Source: a phage. From it: 64,000 nt of DNA. Where the stretch lies: the sequence record PZ386978.1; one strand, given 5' to 3'. Position 1 is the first letter of the stretch. Every line of letters starts with the position of its first letter. A model generated the notes under the pieces. That model did no database searches. It was given only the letters and a program-made list of their open reading frames with translations, and was not told the DNA's origin. A program made the translations under genes and the position numbers. This document shows, piece by piece, positions 1 to 10,617 of this stretch.

Positions 1-1602
1 ATGGACTTAAATGCTGTTAAGCAGAAGCGAGTGGAAGATGTTAGGAAAGTCCTAGCTGGAGAGTTGGGGCTTTCTGATGAAGTAAAAGAAATTATCAAAT
101 CATTCGGTAAAGACCCCTCTAAATTCCTTCCAACTCAAATTCTGACTTTATTAAGATACACACCAGACCAAGTTCGCCTTATCTTTAAATTGATGACTGA
201 TAAGAACTATGTAGCTCCTCAGCCGGGTTCTCAAGAGGTCTTTTTAAACACTAATGCTGACTTGGTTCTCTATGGTGGTGCTGCTGGTGCTGGTAAGACT
301 GCTGCATTGTTAATGGACTCTTTAAGATTCATTGAAGACCCTAACTATAATGCTGTGTATTTCCGTCGAAACACAACACAGCTACAAGGTGGACTATGGC
401 CTGCTGCAAAGAAACTATTTGGTAAGTTTGGTGGGATTCCTCACGAGCAGAAAATGACTATCACATTCCCTTCTGGGGCGACTATCAAGTTTACCTATCT
501 AGAACTTGAAAAGCACGCTGAAGGTCATCAGGGTATTGAATACTCAGCTATTTACTTTGACGAAGGTACACACTTCTCTGCTTCACAGATTTCATACCTA
601 CAAACTCGTCTACGTTCTGGTGCTGAAGGCGATTCATACATGAAGATTTCCATGAACCCAGACAGAGACCATTTTATTTATGATTGGGTAGAACCATTCT
701 TAGATGAAGAAGGTTATCCAGACCCTGAAAAATGTGGTCGTATTCGTTGGTATGTAATGAATGATGGTGTGATGGTTTCTGATTGGGAGAGAGACAAGAT
801 TCTTGAAATGTTCCCTCTTGAGATTCCTCAAACATACACCTTCATCTCTGGTACAATTGATGATAACCCAATTCTTGACTTCTTAGAGCCTAAGTACCGT
901 GGTAAGCTGGAAAACAACACCCCTGTAAACGTTGCAAGACTTCGTTTCGGTAACTGGAAGGCTCGTGCAGAAGGTTCAAACTATTGGCAAAGACAGTGGT
1001 GTGAAATTGTTGATTCACTCCCAGAAGATGTATTCGATGTTAGAGCATGGGACTTAGCAGCAACTTTACCATCTGAGATTAACCCTAATCCAGACTGGAC
1101 AGTAGGTGTTAAGATGGGTAAATCTAAAAAAGACGGTTGCTATTATATCATTGATGTAGTAAGATTTAGAGATAGACCCTCTGGAGTTGAAACACAAATT
1201 AATTTGACTGCTGAAAGTGACGGTAAGCGAACTGGTATTTTTATCCCTCAAGACCCAGGCGCTGCTGGTAAATCCTACGCAACATCCCTCATCAGGAAAC
1301 TTGCCGAGAAAGGTTATCGAGCAAGAGCCAAACCAACAAATAAAGATAAAGTTACCCGATTTGCGGGGTTTTCTGCTGCTTCTGAAGCTGGACTTGTAAA
1401 AGTCTTGAGAGGTAGTTGGAATGAAGCTTACTTCCAAGAGCTTGAAGGCTTTTGTGGTGATGGTAAAACTAAAGATGACCAAGTGGATGCTACCAGTGAT
1501 GCTTTCAACAGTCTTAACGAAGTTAAATTATTCAAGCCACCATCAATGGGTGCTCACACAGACTTAGTGAGAGGAAACCCATATGAGGGGCTTAGACGTT
1601 GA
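1..1602 (+). CDS. terL: Terminase large subunit; true start may lie upstream of the window
   Basis: 533 aa ORF with Walker A-like LYGGAAGAGKT near the N-terminus; sits immediately upstream of the portal gene. Confidence 0.8.
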   Translation: MDLNAVKQKRVEDVRKVLAGELGLSDEVKEIIKSFGKDPSKFLPTQILTLLRYTPDQVRLIFKLMTDKNYVAPQPGSQEVFLNTNADLVLYGGAAGAGKTAALLMDSLRFIEDPNYNAVYFRRNTTQLQGGLWPAAKKLFGKFGGIPHEQKMTITFPSGATIKFTYLELEKHAEGHQGIEYSAIYFDEGTHFSASQISYLQTRLRSGAEGDSYMKISMNPDRDHFIYDWVEPFLDEEGYPDPEKCGRIRWYVMNDGVMVSDWERDKILEMFPLEIPQTYTFISGTIDDNPILDFLEPKYRGKLENNTPVNVARLRFGNWKARAEGSNYWQRQWCEIVDSLPEDVFDVRAWDLAATLPSEINPNPDWTVGVKMGKSKKDGCYYIIDVVRFRDRPSGVETQINLTAESDGKRTGIFIPQDPGAAGKSYATSLIRKLAEKGYRARAKPTNKDKVTRFAGFSAASEAGLVKVLRGSWNEAYFQELEGFCGDGKTKDDQVDATSDAFNSLNEVKLFKPPSMGAHTDLVRGNPYEGLRR

Positions 1603-1619
1603 TAGCTAGGTGAAGAAGA

Positions 1620-3086
1620 ATGGCAGATATTACAGAAACACAAGAAAGCTTACCACCATTTAGAATGGGTGAAGTAGGTTCTTTGGGTCTGAAGGTTAAG
1701 AATGGAAGAATCTATGAAGAACCTCGTCAGGCACTAAGGTTCCCTGAAAGTATTAAAACTTTCCAATTAATGATGCGTGACCCTGCTGTAGCAGCATCTG
1801 TAAATATTATTAAGATGTTTGTCAGAAAAGTCAACTGGAGATTCGTACCTCCAAAGGGAAAAGAGCAAGACCCTAAAATGCTTGAAAGAGCAGACTTCTT
1901 TAATTCTTTAATGGATGACATGGAGCATGATTGGGCAGATTTTATTAATTCTGTAATGTCATTCTGCACTTATGGGTTCTGTGTTAACGAGAAAGTTTAT
2001 AAGAAGCGACAGGGTAAAAAAGGAAAGTACCAGTCAAAATTTGATGATGGTCTAATCGGATGGGCTAAATTACCAATCAGAAACCAATCAACACTTGATA
2101 AGTGGTATTTTGACGAAGACTTTAGAAAAGTTACAGGTGTTAGGCAGAATCTGAGAAATGTTTCACATATTGCTGGAGCAATTAATCTTGGAGAAAGACC
2201 ACTAACAAGAAAACTGCCACGAGCTAAATTCATGCTGTTTAAGTATGATGATGAATATGGAAACCCAGAAGGTCGTTCACCATTACTTAATGCCTATGTA
2301 CCGTGGAAGTATAAAGTCCAGATTGAAGAGTACGAAGCTGTTGGTGTTTCAAGAGACTTGGTAGGTATGCCAAAGATTGGTTTACCACCAGATTATCTGG
2401 ATGAAAATGCAGAACCTGAAAAGAAAGCTTTCGTACAATACTGCAAAACTGTTGTTAACGATATGATTGCTAATGACAGAGCAGGTTTAATCTGGCCTAG
2501 ATATATTGACCCAGACACTAAAGAGGATATTTTTGAGTTCTCATTAGTTTCTAGACAGGGTGCTAAAGCATACGATACAGGTTCTATTATTGACAGATAT
2601 TCCAAGCAGATTATGATGGCATTTATGTCAGATGTTCTTGCTATGGGTCAGTCAAAATATGGTTCATTCTCTCTTGCAGATTCTAAGACCAGCTTACTAG
2701 CAATGTCGGTAGATATTCTGCTGAAGCAAATTAAGAACGTAATTAACCGTGATTTAGTTGCACAGACTTATGCTCTTAATATGTGGGATGACGAAGAACA
2801 TGTACAAATCACATATGATGATATCGAAACTCCAGACCTTGAAGCAATTGGTTCTTATATTCAGAAGACTGTTGCAGTAGGTGCTTTGGAAGTTGACAAA
2901 GAGCTATCTAACAAGCTTAGAGAGCATATTGGTCTTCCTCCTGCTGATGAGTCTCAGCCAGTATCTGAAAAGCTTTCTCCAAATAGCCAAAGCCGTTCAG
3001 GAGATGGTTATAAGACTGCTGGAGAAGGTACTGCAAAGACACCTTCAGCGAAAGACCCAAGCACAGCAAATAAGGCAAATAAATAA
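1620..3086 (+). CDS. Portal protein
   Basis: 488 aa ORF directly after the terminase and before the prohead protease; size and position typical of portal; no motif confirmed. Confidence 0.65.
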   Translation: MADITETQESLPPFRMGEVGSLGLKVKNGRIYEEPRQALRFPESIKTFQLMMRDPAVAASVNIIKMFVRKVNWRFVPPKGKEQDPKMLERADFFNSLMDDMEHDWADFINSVMSFCTYGFCVNEKVYKKRQGKKGKYQSKFDDGLIGWAKLPIRNQSTLDKWYFDEDFRKVTGVRQNLRNVSHIAGAINLGERPLTRKLPRAKFMLFKYDDEYGNPEGRSPLLNAYVPWKYKVQIEEYEAVGVSRDLVGMPKIGLPPDYLDENAEPEKKAFVQYCKTVVNDMIANDRAGLIWPRYIDPDTKEDIFEFSLVSRQGAKAYDTGSIIDRYSKQIMMAFMSDVLAMGQSKYGSFSLADSKTSLLAMSVDILLKQIKNVINRDLVAQTYALNMWDDEEHVQITYDDIETPDLEAIGSYIQKTVAVGALEVDKELSNKLREHIGLPPADESQPVSEKLSPNSQSRSGDGYKTAGEGTAKTPSAKDPSTANKANK

Positions 3087-3586
3087 TGGCTGAAGTTATC
3101 TCTATTTCAAATGCTACACGAGTGCATTCGTATAGAGGTGTTCTTATTATCACTGACAAATTATCTGTAGAGGCTGGCTCAAGGGTCAGCCTTTCAGGTT
3201 ACGTAAGTGACGGTGGAACCTCTGACGTTTTCACTATTTGTAGGTTACTTGATGCTCCAATGAGTGGAAAACCGTTTATTTCAGGAAATTGTAGTGAAAT
3301 TGTTAAAATTCCATTTGACAGTTCATGCCTTTTGGGTGTAAAGTTATATAACTGCGAGAATAAACGTATCAATGTTAATAGCATTGAAGCCGCTTTCATT
3401 ACCCTTGACACTGCATTTCAATCTCCAATGACAGTTAATAAAGAAACAAACAGACTTGAATACATTTTTTCACAAAATGATTACAAAGTACTTGTCAAAG
3501 GCAAAGTATATGATATGATTGTAAATGTGGTAGATGAATCTGGTAACCATTCAACAGTCCTTAAACAAAAAGTAAGGTTTAATTAA
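3086..3586 (+). CDS. Hypothetical head-module protein
   Basis: 166 aa ORF, start overlaps portal stop; no recognisable motif. Confidence 0.5.
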   Translation: MAEVISISNATRVHSYRGVLIITDKLSVEAGSRVSLSGYVSDGGTSDVFTICRLLDAPMSGKPFISGNCSEIVKIPFDSSCLLGVKLYNCENKRINVNSIEAAFITLDTAFQSPMTVNKETNRLEYIFSQNDYKVLVKGKVYDMIVNVVDESGNHSTVLKQKVRFN

Positions 3587-3918
3587 TGGGAACATTAACT
3601 ATTGATGGTAAGAACAAAATCCTCGCCACGCTAACCCCAACGACTATTATTTTACACAATGTAGACCCAACGGCAGACCCTACAGCAAATAAGGTTACTC
3701 AGCCAGTGGCTATTTATTTTTCTGAACCGGATAATGGCTTAATTGCCTCAGAAGACACAGTTAACATTACTGTTCCAGCTTCTGCAACGGTATCACACTA
3801 TAGCTTGTGGGATGCTAACGATAAATGCGTGGCAACTGGTGCTCTTAGCAAACCTCAATTCTTTGCTGAAGAAGGTATCTATGTTATCTCTTCAGTCTCT
3901 GTAGATTTAAACAAATAG
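3586..3918 (+). CDS. Hypothetical head-module protein
   Basis: 110 aa ORF, start overlaps the stop of the previous ORF; no motif. Confidence 0.5.
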   Translation: MGTLTIDGKNKILATLTPTTIILHNVDPTADPTANKVTQPVAIYFSEPDNGLIASEDTVNITVPASATVSHYSLWDANDKCVATGALSKPQFFAEEGIYVISSVSVDLNK

Positions 3919-3929
3919 GGTGAGTAAAA

Positions 3930-5276
3930 ATGAGTTCGAATATCTTCAGACTTGCTGATAGATTATTCAACCAACCTTTACTAGCCACTGAATCATTAGC
4001 TCACTCAGCAGCAACTTATGTGAATAACAGATTGCTGGGTGATGTCCAAGCAGCAGTAAACTTTGATAAACCCAAAGGTGAAGCAAGAAGTCTTTTAAAA
4101 GTAAAAGATGACATTGCTATTATCCCTATTATGGGTGGTTTAACCCATCGTATGACATTCATTGATGCAATGTGTACAGGTGGATTAAGCTCTTATGAAG
4201 GTTTGCGTAGAGGCTTTGACGAAGCTTTAGCAGATGAGTCAATCAAGACTATTGTTCTGCACATCGATTCTGGTGGTGGTGAAGCTTCAGGTTGCTTTGA
4301 ATTAGCACGTCACATTATGGCTTCAAGAGGCCAAAAGAAAATTATTGCTTATGTAGATGAGTTCGCTTGTTCCGCTGCATACGCTCTTGCATCTTCTGCT
4401 GAAGAAATTATTGCATCACCAGATGCAGATGTTGGTTCTATTGGTGTAATTATGGTTCATCAGGAATTAACTAAAGCATTTGAAAAGAATGGCGTAACAA
4501 TTAACGTCATCAAAGCTGGTGAGTTTAAAGGTATGGGTTCACCATTCCAAGCACTCTCAGAAGAAAGCAAAGAAAGACTTCAAAAGAGAATTAATGATAC
4601 CTACGCAACCTTTACAGGTTTTGTAGCTGAATCTCGTAATCTCTCTGAAGAAGCTGTAAAGAATACTGAGGCGAATGTTTATTCTGCTCAGGAAGCTCTT
4701 GAACTTGGTTTAATTAACTCAATCATGTCTCAAGATGATTTCTTAAATTACTTACAAGGTTCTGAAGAGGCTCCTGTAAGTTTAAACGTTAACAATTCAG
4801 GTGAAGAAATGACTGAACAAGAAAAGCAAGAACTAGAAGCTTTGCGTCTTCAGGTTGCTCAAATGAAAGCTAAAGAACAGGAAGCTGCTTTGTCAGATTT
4901 GACTAATAAGATTTCTGCTTCTGCTGAAGCTTTTGGATTTGATGCAAAAGAAGCTGCAACGACTATTTTAGGTGCTGGTCTTGATAACCCTCTGAGTGTT
5001 CTGTTTATGAATGCTATGGAAGGTGCTAACCAGAAACTTAATGAAACTATCGCGTCCCATGCTTCTGCAATGGAAGAAAAAGAATCAGAAATTACCAAGC
5101 TGAAAGAAACTGCTGGTGCTGTTCTTGAACATTCCAACGCTATGGAAGAAGTGGGTAATGACGGCGAAGCTGATTTGGTTGAAGAAGAAAAAGAACCAGC
5201 TAAAAATGCTTCCGAAGACACCGCTGAACAACGCAAACTGGCTCTCCAGAATGCTCTAAAATCTCTTATCAAATAA
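3930..5276 (+). CDS. Prohead protease (S49/SppA-like) fused to a scaffold-like C-terminal domain
   Basis: S49-type HIDSGGGE motif in the N-terminal half; C-terminal ~150 aa are E/K/A-rich and coiled-coil-like; lies between portal and capsid genes. Confidence 0.75.
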   Translation: MSSNIFRLADRLFNQPLLATESLAHSAATYVNNRLLGDVQAAVNFDKPKGEARSLLKVKDDIAIIPIMGGLTHRMTFIDAMCTGGLSSYEGLRRGFDEALADESIKTIVLHIDSGGGEASGCFELARHIMASRGQKKIIAYVDEFACSAAYALASSAEEIIASPDADVGSIGVIMVHQELTKAFEKNGVTINVIKAGEFKGMGSPFQALSEESKERLQKRINDTYATFTGFVAESRNLSEEAVKNTEANVYSAQEALELGLINSIMSQDDFLNYLQGSEEAPVSLNVNNSGEEMTEQEKQELEALRLQVAQMKAKEQEAALSDLTNKISASAEAFGFDAKEAATTILGAGLDNPLSVLFMNAMEGANQKLNETIASHASAMEEKESEITKLKETAGAVLEHSNAMEEVGNDGEADLVEEEKEPAKNASEDTAEQRKLALQNALKSLIK

Positions 5277-5287
5277 GGAACACAATA

Positions 5288-5665
5288 ATGGCATATCAAG
5301 GTTTTACTAAGTTAGGTAACAGAGAACCTCTGAATGATATCATTCTTTGGGAACAGATTACCCCAACAGGCCACTCTCGTAAAGAGTACACTCCAGTTGC
5401 TTCAACAGAATACCGTGTAGGTGAAGTTCTGAAAGCAGATGGTACTAAGGTTACAGCAGGCCAAGAAGCTCAGGCTGATTCAGTATGTATCGTTAACTTT
5501 TATGCAGACCTGCAACTGTCTTATCATGGTCAGTTGAAAGTTGTTGGTATCCACCGTGATGCAGAACTGAAAGACATGCTGATTCTTGAATCAAGCGTTG
5601 ATGCTGATGCAGTCAAGGCAGCTCTAGCCGCTAAAGGTATTGATTTCGTACCAACTGGCCTGTAA
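5288..5665 (+). CDS. Hypothetical head protein (decoration or scaffold candidate)
   Basis: 125 aa ORF between protease and major capsid genes. Confidence 0.5.
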   Translation: MAYQGFTKLGNREPLNDIILWEQITPTGHSRKEYTPVASTEYRVGEVLKADGTKVTAGQEAQADSVCIVNFYADLQLSYHGQLKVVGIHRDAELKDMLILESSVDADAVKAALAAKGIDFVPTGL

Positions 5666-5698
5666 TAACAATAATAAGACATTCTGGAGAATTTTACA

Positions 5699-6805
5699 AT
5701 GTTGACTAATTCTGAAAAAAGCAGATTTTTCCTTGCTGACCTGACTGGTGAAGTCCAGTCTATCCCAAATACTTATGGGTATATTTCCAACTTAGGTCTG
5801 TTCCGTTCAGCACCAATCACCCAAACTACTTTCCTTATGGACTTGACTGATTGGGATGTTAGCTTGCTTGACGCGGTAGACCGTGATAGCCGTAAAGCAG
5901 AGACTAGCGCACCTGAGCGTGTTCGTCAAATCAGCTTCCCAATGATGTACTTCAAAGAAGTTGAAAGCATTACTCCTGATGAGATTCAGGGTGTACGTCA
6001 GCCGGGTACTGCAAACGAACTGACTACTGAAGCTGTAGTACGTGCTAAGAAGCTGATGAAGATTCGTACCAAGTTCGATATTACTCGTGAGTTCCTGTTT
6101 ATGCAAGCTCTGAAGGGTAAAGTTGTTGATGCTCGTGGTACTCTGTACGCTGACCTGTACAAGCAGTTCGACGTTGAGAAGAAGACTGTTTACTTCGACC
6201 TCGACAATCCTAATGCTGACATCGACGCTTCTATTGAAGAACTGCGTATGCACATGGAAGACGAAGCTAAGACTGGCACTGTAATCAACGGTGAAGAAAT
6301 TCACGTAGTTGTTGACCGTGTATTCTTCAGCAAACTGATTAAGCATCCTAAGATTCGTGACGCTTATCTTGCACAGCAGACTCCACTGGCTTGGCAACAG
6401 ATTACTGGTTCTCTGAGAACTGGTGGTACTGACGGCGTTCAGGCTCATATGAACACCTTCTACTACGGTGGTGTTAAGTTTGTCCAGTACAACGGTAAGT
6501 TCAAAGACAAGCGTGGTAAGGTTCACACTCTGGTGAGCATTGATAGTGTAGCAGCAACTGTTGGTGTTGGCCATGCCTTCCCTAACGTATCTATGCTGGG
6601 CGAAGCTAACAACATCTTCGAAGTGGCATATGGCCCATGTCCTAAGATGGGTTATGCAAATACACTTGGTCAGGAACTGTACGTATTCGAATACGAAAAA
6701 GACCGTGACGAAGGTATTGACTTCGAAGCTCACTCTTACATGCTGCCATACTGCACTCGTCCTCAGTTGCTGGTAGATGTTCGCGCTGACGCTAAAGGTG
6801 GCTAA
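5699..6805 (+). CDS. Major capsid protein
   Basis: 368 aa ORF following the protease/scaffold gene; highly expressed-looking codon usage; position typical of the major capsid. Confidence 0.7.
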   Translation: MLTNSEKSRFFLADLTGEVQSIPNTYGYISNLGLFRSAPITQTTFLMDLTDWDVSLLDAVDRDSRKAETSAPERVRQISFPMMYFKEVESITPDEIQGVRQPGTANELTTEAVVRAKKLMKIRTKFDITREFLFMQALKGKVVDARGTLYADLYKQFDVEKKTVYFDLDNPNADIDASIEELRMHMEDEAKTGTVINGEEIHVVVDRVFFSKLIKHPKIRDAYLAQQTPLAWQQITGSLRTGGTDGVQAHMNTFYYGGVKFVQYNGKFKDKRGKVHTLVSIDSVAATVGVGHAFPNVSMLGEANNIFEVAYGPCPKMGYANTLGQELYVFEYEKDRDEGIDFEAHSYMLPYCTRPQLLVDVRADAKGG

Positions 6806-6825
6806 TAAACTTAGGAGGGTTATGA

Positions 6826-7275
6826 ATGTGTTATACAGGCGACCCAGCCAATAACCCTCTTGATAGAGTAAGAATCCTCTGCACAGACACTAATAATGAT
6901 GAAATTCTTATTGAGCAGTCTGTGCTAGAGTGGTTCTATCTAGAATCTGGAAAGGATGAAAAGAAAGCAGCCATCAAAGCTCTTAAATATTTACTCTTTC
7001 AAGTAGCCAAGATGGGAGATGAGAAGGTTGGTGGTGTTTATTTACGTAACTCTTCCAGATTCAAGTCTCTGAAAGCTGTTTATGACGACCTTGTTAAAAG
7101 CTCTGTTTCAGGACTACCCTATGCAGGTGGTATTAATCAGTGTGATATTGACATGCGTCGTCAGAATCCTTGCTCTGTCAAGAAATACACAGAATATGGT
7201 GATGCTGCCAGATACGAAGGCAGAGATTACTGCAACCGTGTTAATGGCGTATTTATTATCGAGCGAGATGAATAA
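6826..7275 (+). CDS. Hypothetical head-tail joining protein
   Basis: 149 aa ORF in the capsid-to-sheath interval. Confidence 0.45.
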   Translation: MCYTGDPANNPLDRVRILCTDTNNDEILIEQSVLEWFYLESGKDEKKAAIKALKYLLFQVAKMGDEKVGGVYLRNSSRFKSLKAVYDDLVKSSVSGLPYAGGINQCDIDMRRQNPCSVKKYTEYGDAARYEGRDYCNRVNGVFIIERDE

Positions 7276-7757
7276 TGGTTAAAAGGGTTATTCACCCCGC
7301 TAGAGCAAAATTAGTCGGGGCTATGAAGAACTTGCAAACGGCTAATGCTCAAGTTGGGTATTTTCAAGAACAAGGTCAACATAGCTCTGGTTTTTCTTAT
7401 CCTGCTTTAATGTATTTGCAAGAAGTTATTGGGGTTCCTTCAGCTTCTGGTAAAGTATATCGTAGGTTGTTTGAAATCACTATGATGCTAAACAAACAGA
7501 CCTTGTTAGAGCAGACTAAGAAGAATCTATATAAGCAACTTAGCAGTCTCAACACAGACCCTTCAAATACCTTAGAGGCATTTGCAAAGAATGCTCAAAA
7601 GGTAATTAAAAGAGGCTTTGGTAATTCTGCTATCCTCCCTCCTAACGCACCTTCCACAGTCAAGAAAAAAGGCTTTAACGCACCTCTTGTTGAGACAGGT
7701 GACTTAAGAGATAACCTTGCTTATAAAATTTCTACTAAGAAGGGTATTAAGAAATGA
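7275..7757 (+). CDS. Hypothetical head-tail joining protein
   Basis: 160 aa ORF, start overlaps previous stop. Confidence 0.45.
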   Translation: MVKRVIHPARAKLVGAMKNLQTANAQVGYFQEQGQHSSGFSYPALMYLQEVIGVPSASGKVYRRLFEITMMLNKQTLLEQTKKNLYKQLSSLNTDPSNTLEAFAKNAQKVIKRGFGNSAILPPNAPSTVKKKGFNAPLVETGDLRDNLAYKISTKKGIKK

Positions 7758-8155
7758 GACTCTTAAACAGACACAGCTTTGTAGTAAAGCGTAAAGTCTC
7801 TGAAGACGGTTATTATAATGATGATGGTGATTGGGTAGCTTCACAAGATATTGTAGAGGTTAACTGCAAAGGTAATATCCAGCCATATATCAAAGGTTCT
7901 GTAAAGAATGGTACACAGATTGCTTTACCGGAAGGTATCAGGCTTACCGATACAAGAATCCTGTATACCACATATAAACTTAGAACTTCAGATGATGTAG
8001 AGTGGAATGAGTCTGATATTGTTATGATTGACGGTCATGAGTATGAAGTATTTATGACTATGGATTGGTCACAGCAATTAGCCCATACGTCCCATTATGA
8101 ATATATCATTATTAGAAGGGATAAAATGAATGCAGTTAGAAACAGCAGAACTTGA
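7754..8155 (+). CDS. Hypothetical head-tail joining protein
   Basis: 133 aa ORF, overlapping start and stop. Confidence 0.45.
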   Translation: MRLLNRHSFVVKRKVSEDGYYNDDGDWVASQDIVEVNCKGNIQPYIKGSVKNGTQIALPEGIRLTDTRILYTTYKLRTSDDVEWNESDIVMIDGHEYEVFMTMDWSQQLAHTSHYEYIIIRRDKMNAVRNSRT

Positions 8156-8729
8156 AAAAGGTCTAGTTAGAACCTTAGTGGATGTTATTGGTCACAGATT
8201 AGCTCGTGATAAAAATAATAGACCAAACGTAATTAGAGCTTACCCTTCTGATAACTCAAATGACAAAGGTTTAAAACCTGACCAGCCATTTATCACCGTA
8301 TATTGTCAAGATGCTGCAACACCTTATGGTTGGGTTCTTGATAAGTTTGTTGAGGATGATGTAGTTTGCTACAGAATTGCTTTTCAGATTCCTGTATTGA
8401 TTACGGTAAATGGTAAAGGTGCTCACAGTATTATGCTTGAGCTTAAACAACGATTAGAGATGAGTTCAGTCAGAGATTTAATCCTTGAAGAGACAGGAGC
8501 TACAGTACTAGACACTGGAGCTATCCCAAATGACTATACTTATCTCAATACAGATTTCGAAAATTCTGCGCCTCTTGTTGTAACTCTTGTAAAAAACTCA
8601 GTCCTGAAGGATGAACGTGGAAGTATTATTGAGCGTGTCATTGTTGATGGTGAGTTGGTTTATGAAGAAGGACAAGAGCCACCAGAATATACTATCCATC
8701 TAGATGTAGACTCCAAAGGGGTAAAATAA
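8130..8729 (+). CDS. Hypothetical tail completion/terminator-like protein
   Basis: 199 aa ORF immediately upstream of the putative sheath gene. Confidence 0.45.
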   Translation: MQLETAELEKGLVRTLVDVIGHRLARDKNNRPNVIRAYPSDNSNDKGLKPDQPFITVYCQDAATPYGWVLDKFVEDDVVCYRIAFQIPVLITVNGKGAHSIMLELKQRLEMSSVRDLILEETGATVLDTGAIPNDYTYLNTDFENSAPLVVTLVKNSVLKDERGSIIERVIVDGELVYEEGQEPPEYTIHLDVDSKGVK

Positions 8730-10082
8730 ATGTGGAATCCAATTGTTAATGTAGATATTACATTGAACACCGCAGGAACTACAAGAGAAGGTTTTGGTTT
8801 GCCACTATTCTTAGCTTCAACAGATAACTTTGAAGAAAGAGTACGTGGTTACACTTCCTTAACTGAAGTTGCTGAAGATTTCGATGAGAGGTCTGCTGCA
8901 TATAAGGCTGCTAAACAACTTTGGAGTCAGACTCCTAAAGTAACTCAGCTTTATATTGGTAGACGTGCTATGCAGTACACTGTATCAATTCCTGATGAAG
9001 TTTCTGAAACCACAGACTACTCAATTACTGTAGCTGTTGGTGGTGGAATCTCTCAACCATTCCAGTATACAGCACAAAGCTCAGATACTGCTGAGGTAGT
9101 TTTGCAACAGTTTAAAACACAGATTGAAGCTGACCCAACAATCAAAGATAAGGTTTCTGTGAACGTAACTGGTAGTGCTGGTTCTGCCACAATGATTATT
9201 ACTAAAGCTGGTGATAATGACTTTGTGAAAGTAACAACCACAGCACAGACTGTATATATTGCAAGTACAACTGCCGATACAGCATCAACTGCTCTGGCAG
9301 CCATTGAAGCTTACTCTACCGACTGGTATTTCATTGCAGCAGAAGACAGAACTCAACAGTTTGTCTTAGCAATGGCTTCTGAGATTCAGGCTCGCAAGAA
9401 AATCTTCTTTACAGCTAACTCTGATGTAACAGCTCTACAAGGTACGGAATTAGCCAGTGCAAATGATGTTCCAGCACAGCTTGCTAAGAATATGTACACT
9501 CGTACAGTTTGCTTGTGGCATCACGCAGCAGCAGCAGATTATCCAGAGATGGCATACATTGCTTATGGTGCTCCATATGATGCAGGTTCAATTGCTTGGG
9601 GTAATGCTCAACTAACTGGTGTAGCAGCTTCTCTACAACCATCCAATCAGAGACCTCTGACAAGTATTCAGAAGTCTGCTTTAGATGCACGTCACTGTAA
9701 CTTTATTGACCTTGATGGTGGTGTTCCAGTGGTTCGTAGAGGGATTACTTCTGGTGGGGAATGGATTGATATCGTCCGTGGTGTTGACTGGTTAGAATCA
9801 GACCTGAAAACTTCTCTGAGAGACTTGCTAATTAATCAGAAGGGTGGTAAGATTACTTATGATGATACTGGTATTACCCGTATTCGTCAAGTCATTGAAA
9901 CCTCTCTGCAAAGAGCAGTCAACAGAAACTTCCTGTCATCTTACACAGTTAATGTTCCTAAAGCCTCTCAAGTTGCTTTGGCAGACAAGAAAGCACGTAT
10001 CCTGAAAGACGTTACCTTCGCAGGTATCTTAGCAGGGGCTATCTTGGATGTTGACTTGAAAGGTACAGTGGCTTACGAATAA
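8730..10082 (+). CDS. Tail sheath protein
   Basis: 450 aa ORF directly upstream of a 148 aa tube-sized ORF, the chaperone pair and the tape measure; canonical myovirus order. Confidence 0.6.
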   Translation: MWNPIVNVDITLNTAGTTREGFGLPLFLASTDNFEERVRGYTSLTEVAEDFDERSAAYKAAKQLWSQTPKVTQLYIGRRAMQYTVSIPDEVSETTDYSITVAVGGGISQPFQYTAQSSDTAEVVLQQFKTQIEADPTIKDKVSVNVTGSAGSATMIITKAGDNDFVKVTTTAQTVYIASTTADTASTALAAIEAYSTDWYFIAAEDRTQQFVLAMASEIQARKKIFFTANSDVTALQGTELASANDVPAQLAKNMYTRTVCLWHHAAAADYPEMAYIAYGAPYDAGSIAWGNAQLTGVAASLQPSNQRPLTSIQKSALDARHCNFIDLDGGVPVVRRGITSGGEWIDIVRGVDWLESDLKTSLRDLLINQKGGKITYDDTGITRIRQVIETSLQRAVNRNFLSSYTVNVPKASQVALADKKARILKDVTFAGILAGAILDVDLKGTVAYE

Positions 10083-10097
10083 TAGAGGTAAATTGGA

Positions 10098-10544
10098 ATG
10101 GCTATGTATCAGCAATATTCCCCTAAAGACGTTGTATGTAGCTGGAACGGCATTGCTATTGAAGGCTTTGCTCCAGACTCATTCTTGCGTCTACAGAGAA
10201 CATCACCACTTGTAACACCAGTTGTTGGTGCAGGTGGTCAAGTTGCTCTGACAAGAAATGCAGACAAGACAGGTACTATTGAGATTGAGTTAATGCAGAC
10301 TTCTCTCTCTAACCAGATGCTTTCTGCAATTCAAGCTAAACAAGACAATATGGAACTTGAAGAAGATATCTCTTCTAACTTCGTAATCTACGACCCATCA
10401 GGCTCTGTTCTGGCAACTGGTATTAACGCTTGGTTGCAGGAGTTACCACAGATTGAACTTGGTCGTGACCAGAACTCTAAAACTTGGATTTTTGGTTGTG
10501 AGAAGTTAGACTACACTTCTACAATTCCAGCGTCAAGTGTTTAA
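10098..10544 (+). CDS. Tail tube protein
   Basis: 148 aa ORF between sheath and chaperone genes, followed by a strong intrinsic terminator. Confidence 0.6.
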   Translation: MAMYQQYSPKDVVCSWNGIAIEGFAPDSFLRLQRTSPLVTPVVGAGGQVALTRNADKTGTIEIELMQTSLSNQMLSAIQAKQDNMELEEDISSNFVIYDPSGSVLATGINAWLQELPQIELGRDQNSKTWIFGCEKLDYTSTIPASSV

Positions 10545-10556
10545 TAAATCCTATAA

Positions 10557-10588
10557 GGGGGAGACTTTAAAAGGTCTTCCCCTTTTTT
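10557..10588 (+). terminator. Intrinsic terminator after the tube gene
   Basis: Stem GGGGGAGAC/GTCTTCCCC (one G-U pair), loop TTTAAAAG, then TTTTTT. Confidence 0.65.
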
Positions 10589-10617
10589 GTTTCTTTTAAA
10601 AGTATTAAGGAATCACA

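Noticed and set aside
1-1602. Terminase start exactly at window position 1
   Set aside because: Not rejected as a gene, but the coincidence of an ATG at position 1 means the true N-terminus, and any small terminase gene, may lie upstream of the window; the start coordinate should not be over-interpreted.
5807-6733. 308-aa ORF on the minus strand inside the major capsid gene
   Set aside because: Entirely antisense to a strongly supported structural gene, with an odd composition and no ribosome-binding site; typical shadow ORF. The same applies to 1066..1482(-), 4859..5299(-), 18192..18719(-), 33160..33582(+), 33619..34008(+), 56271..56798(-) and 60429..61103(-).
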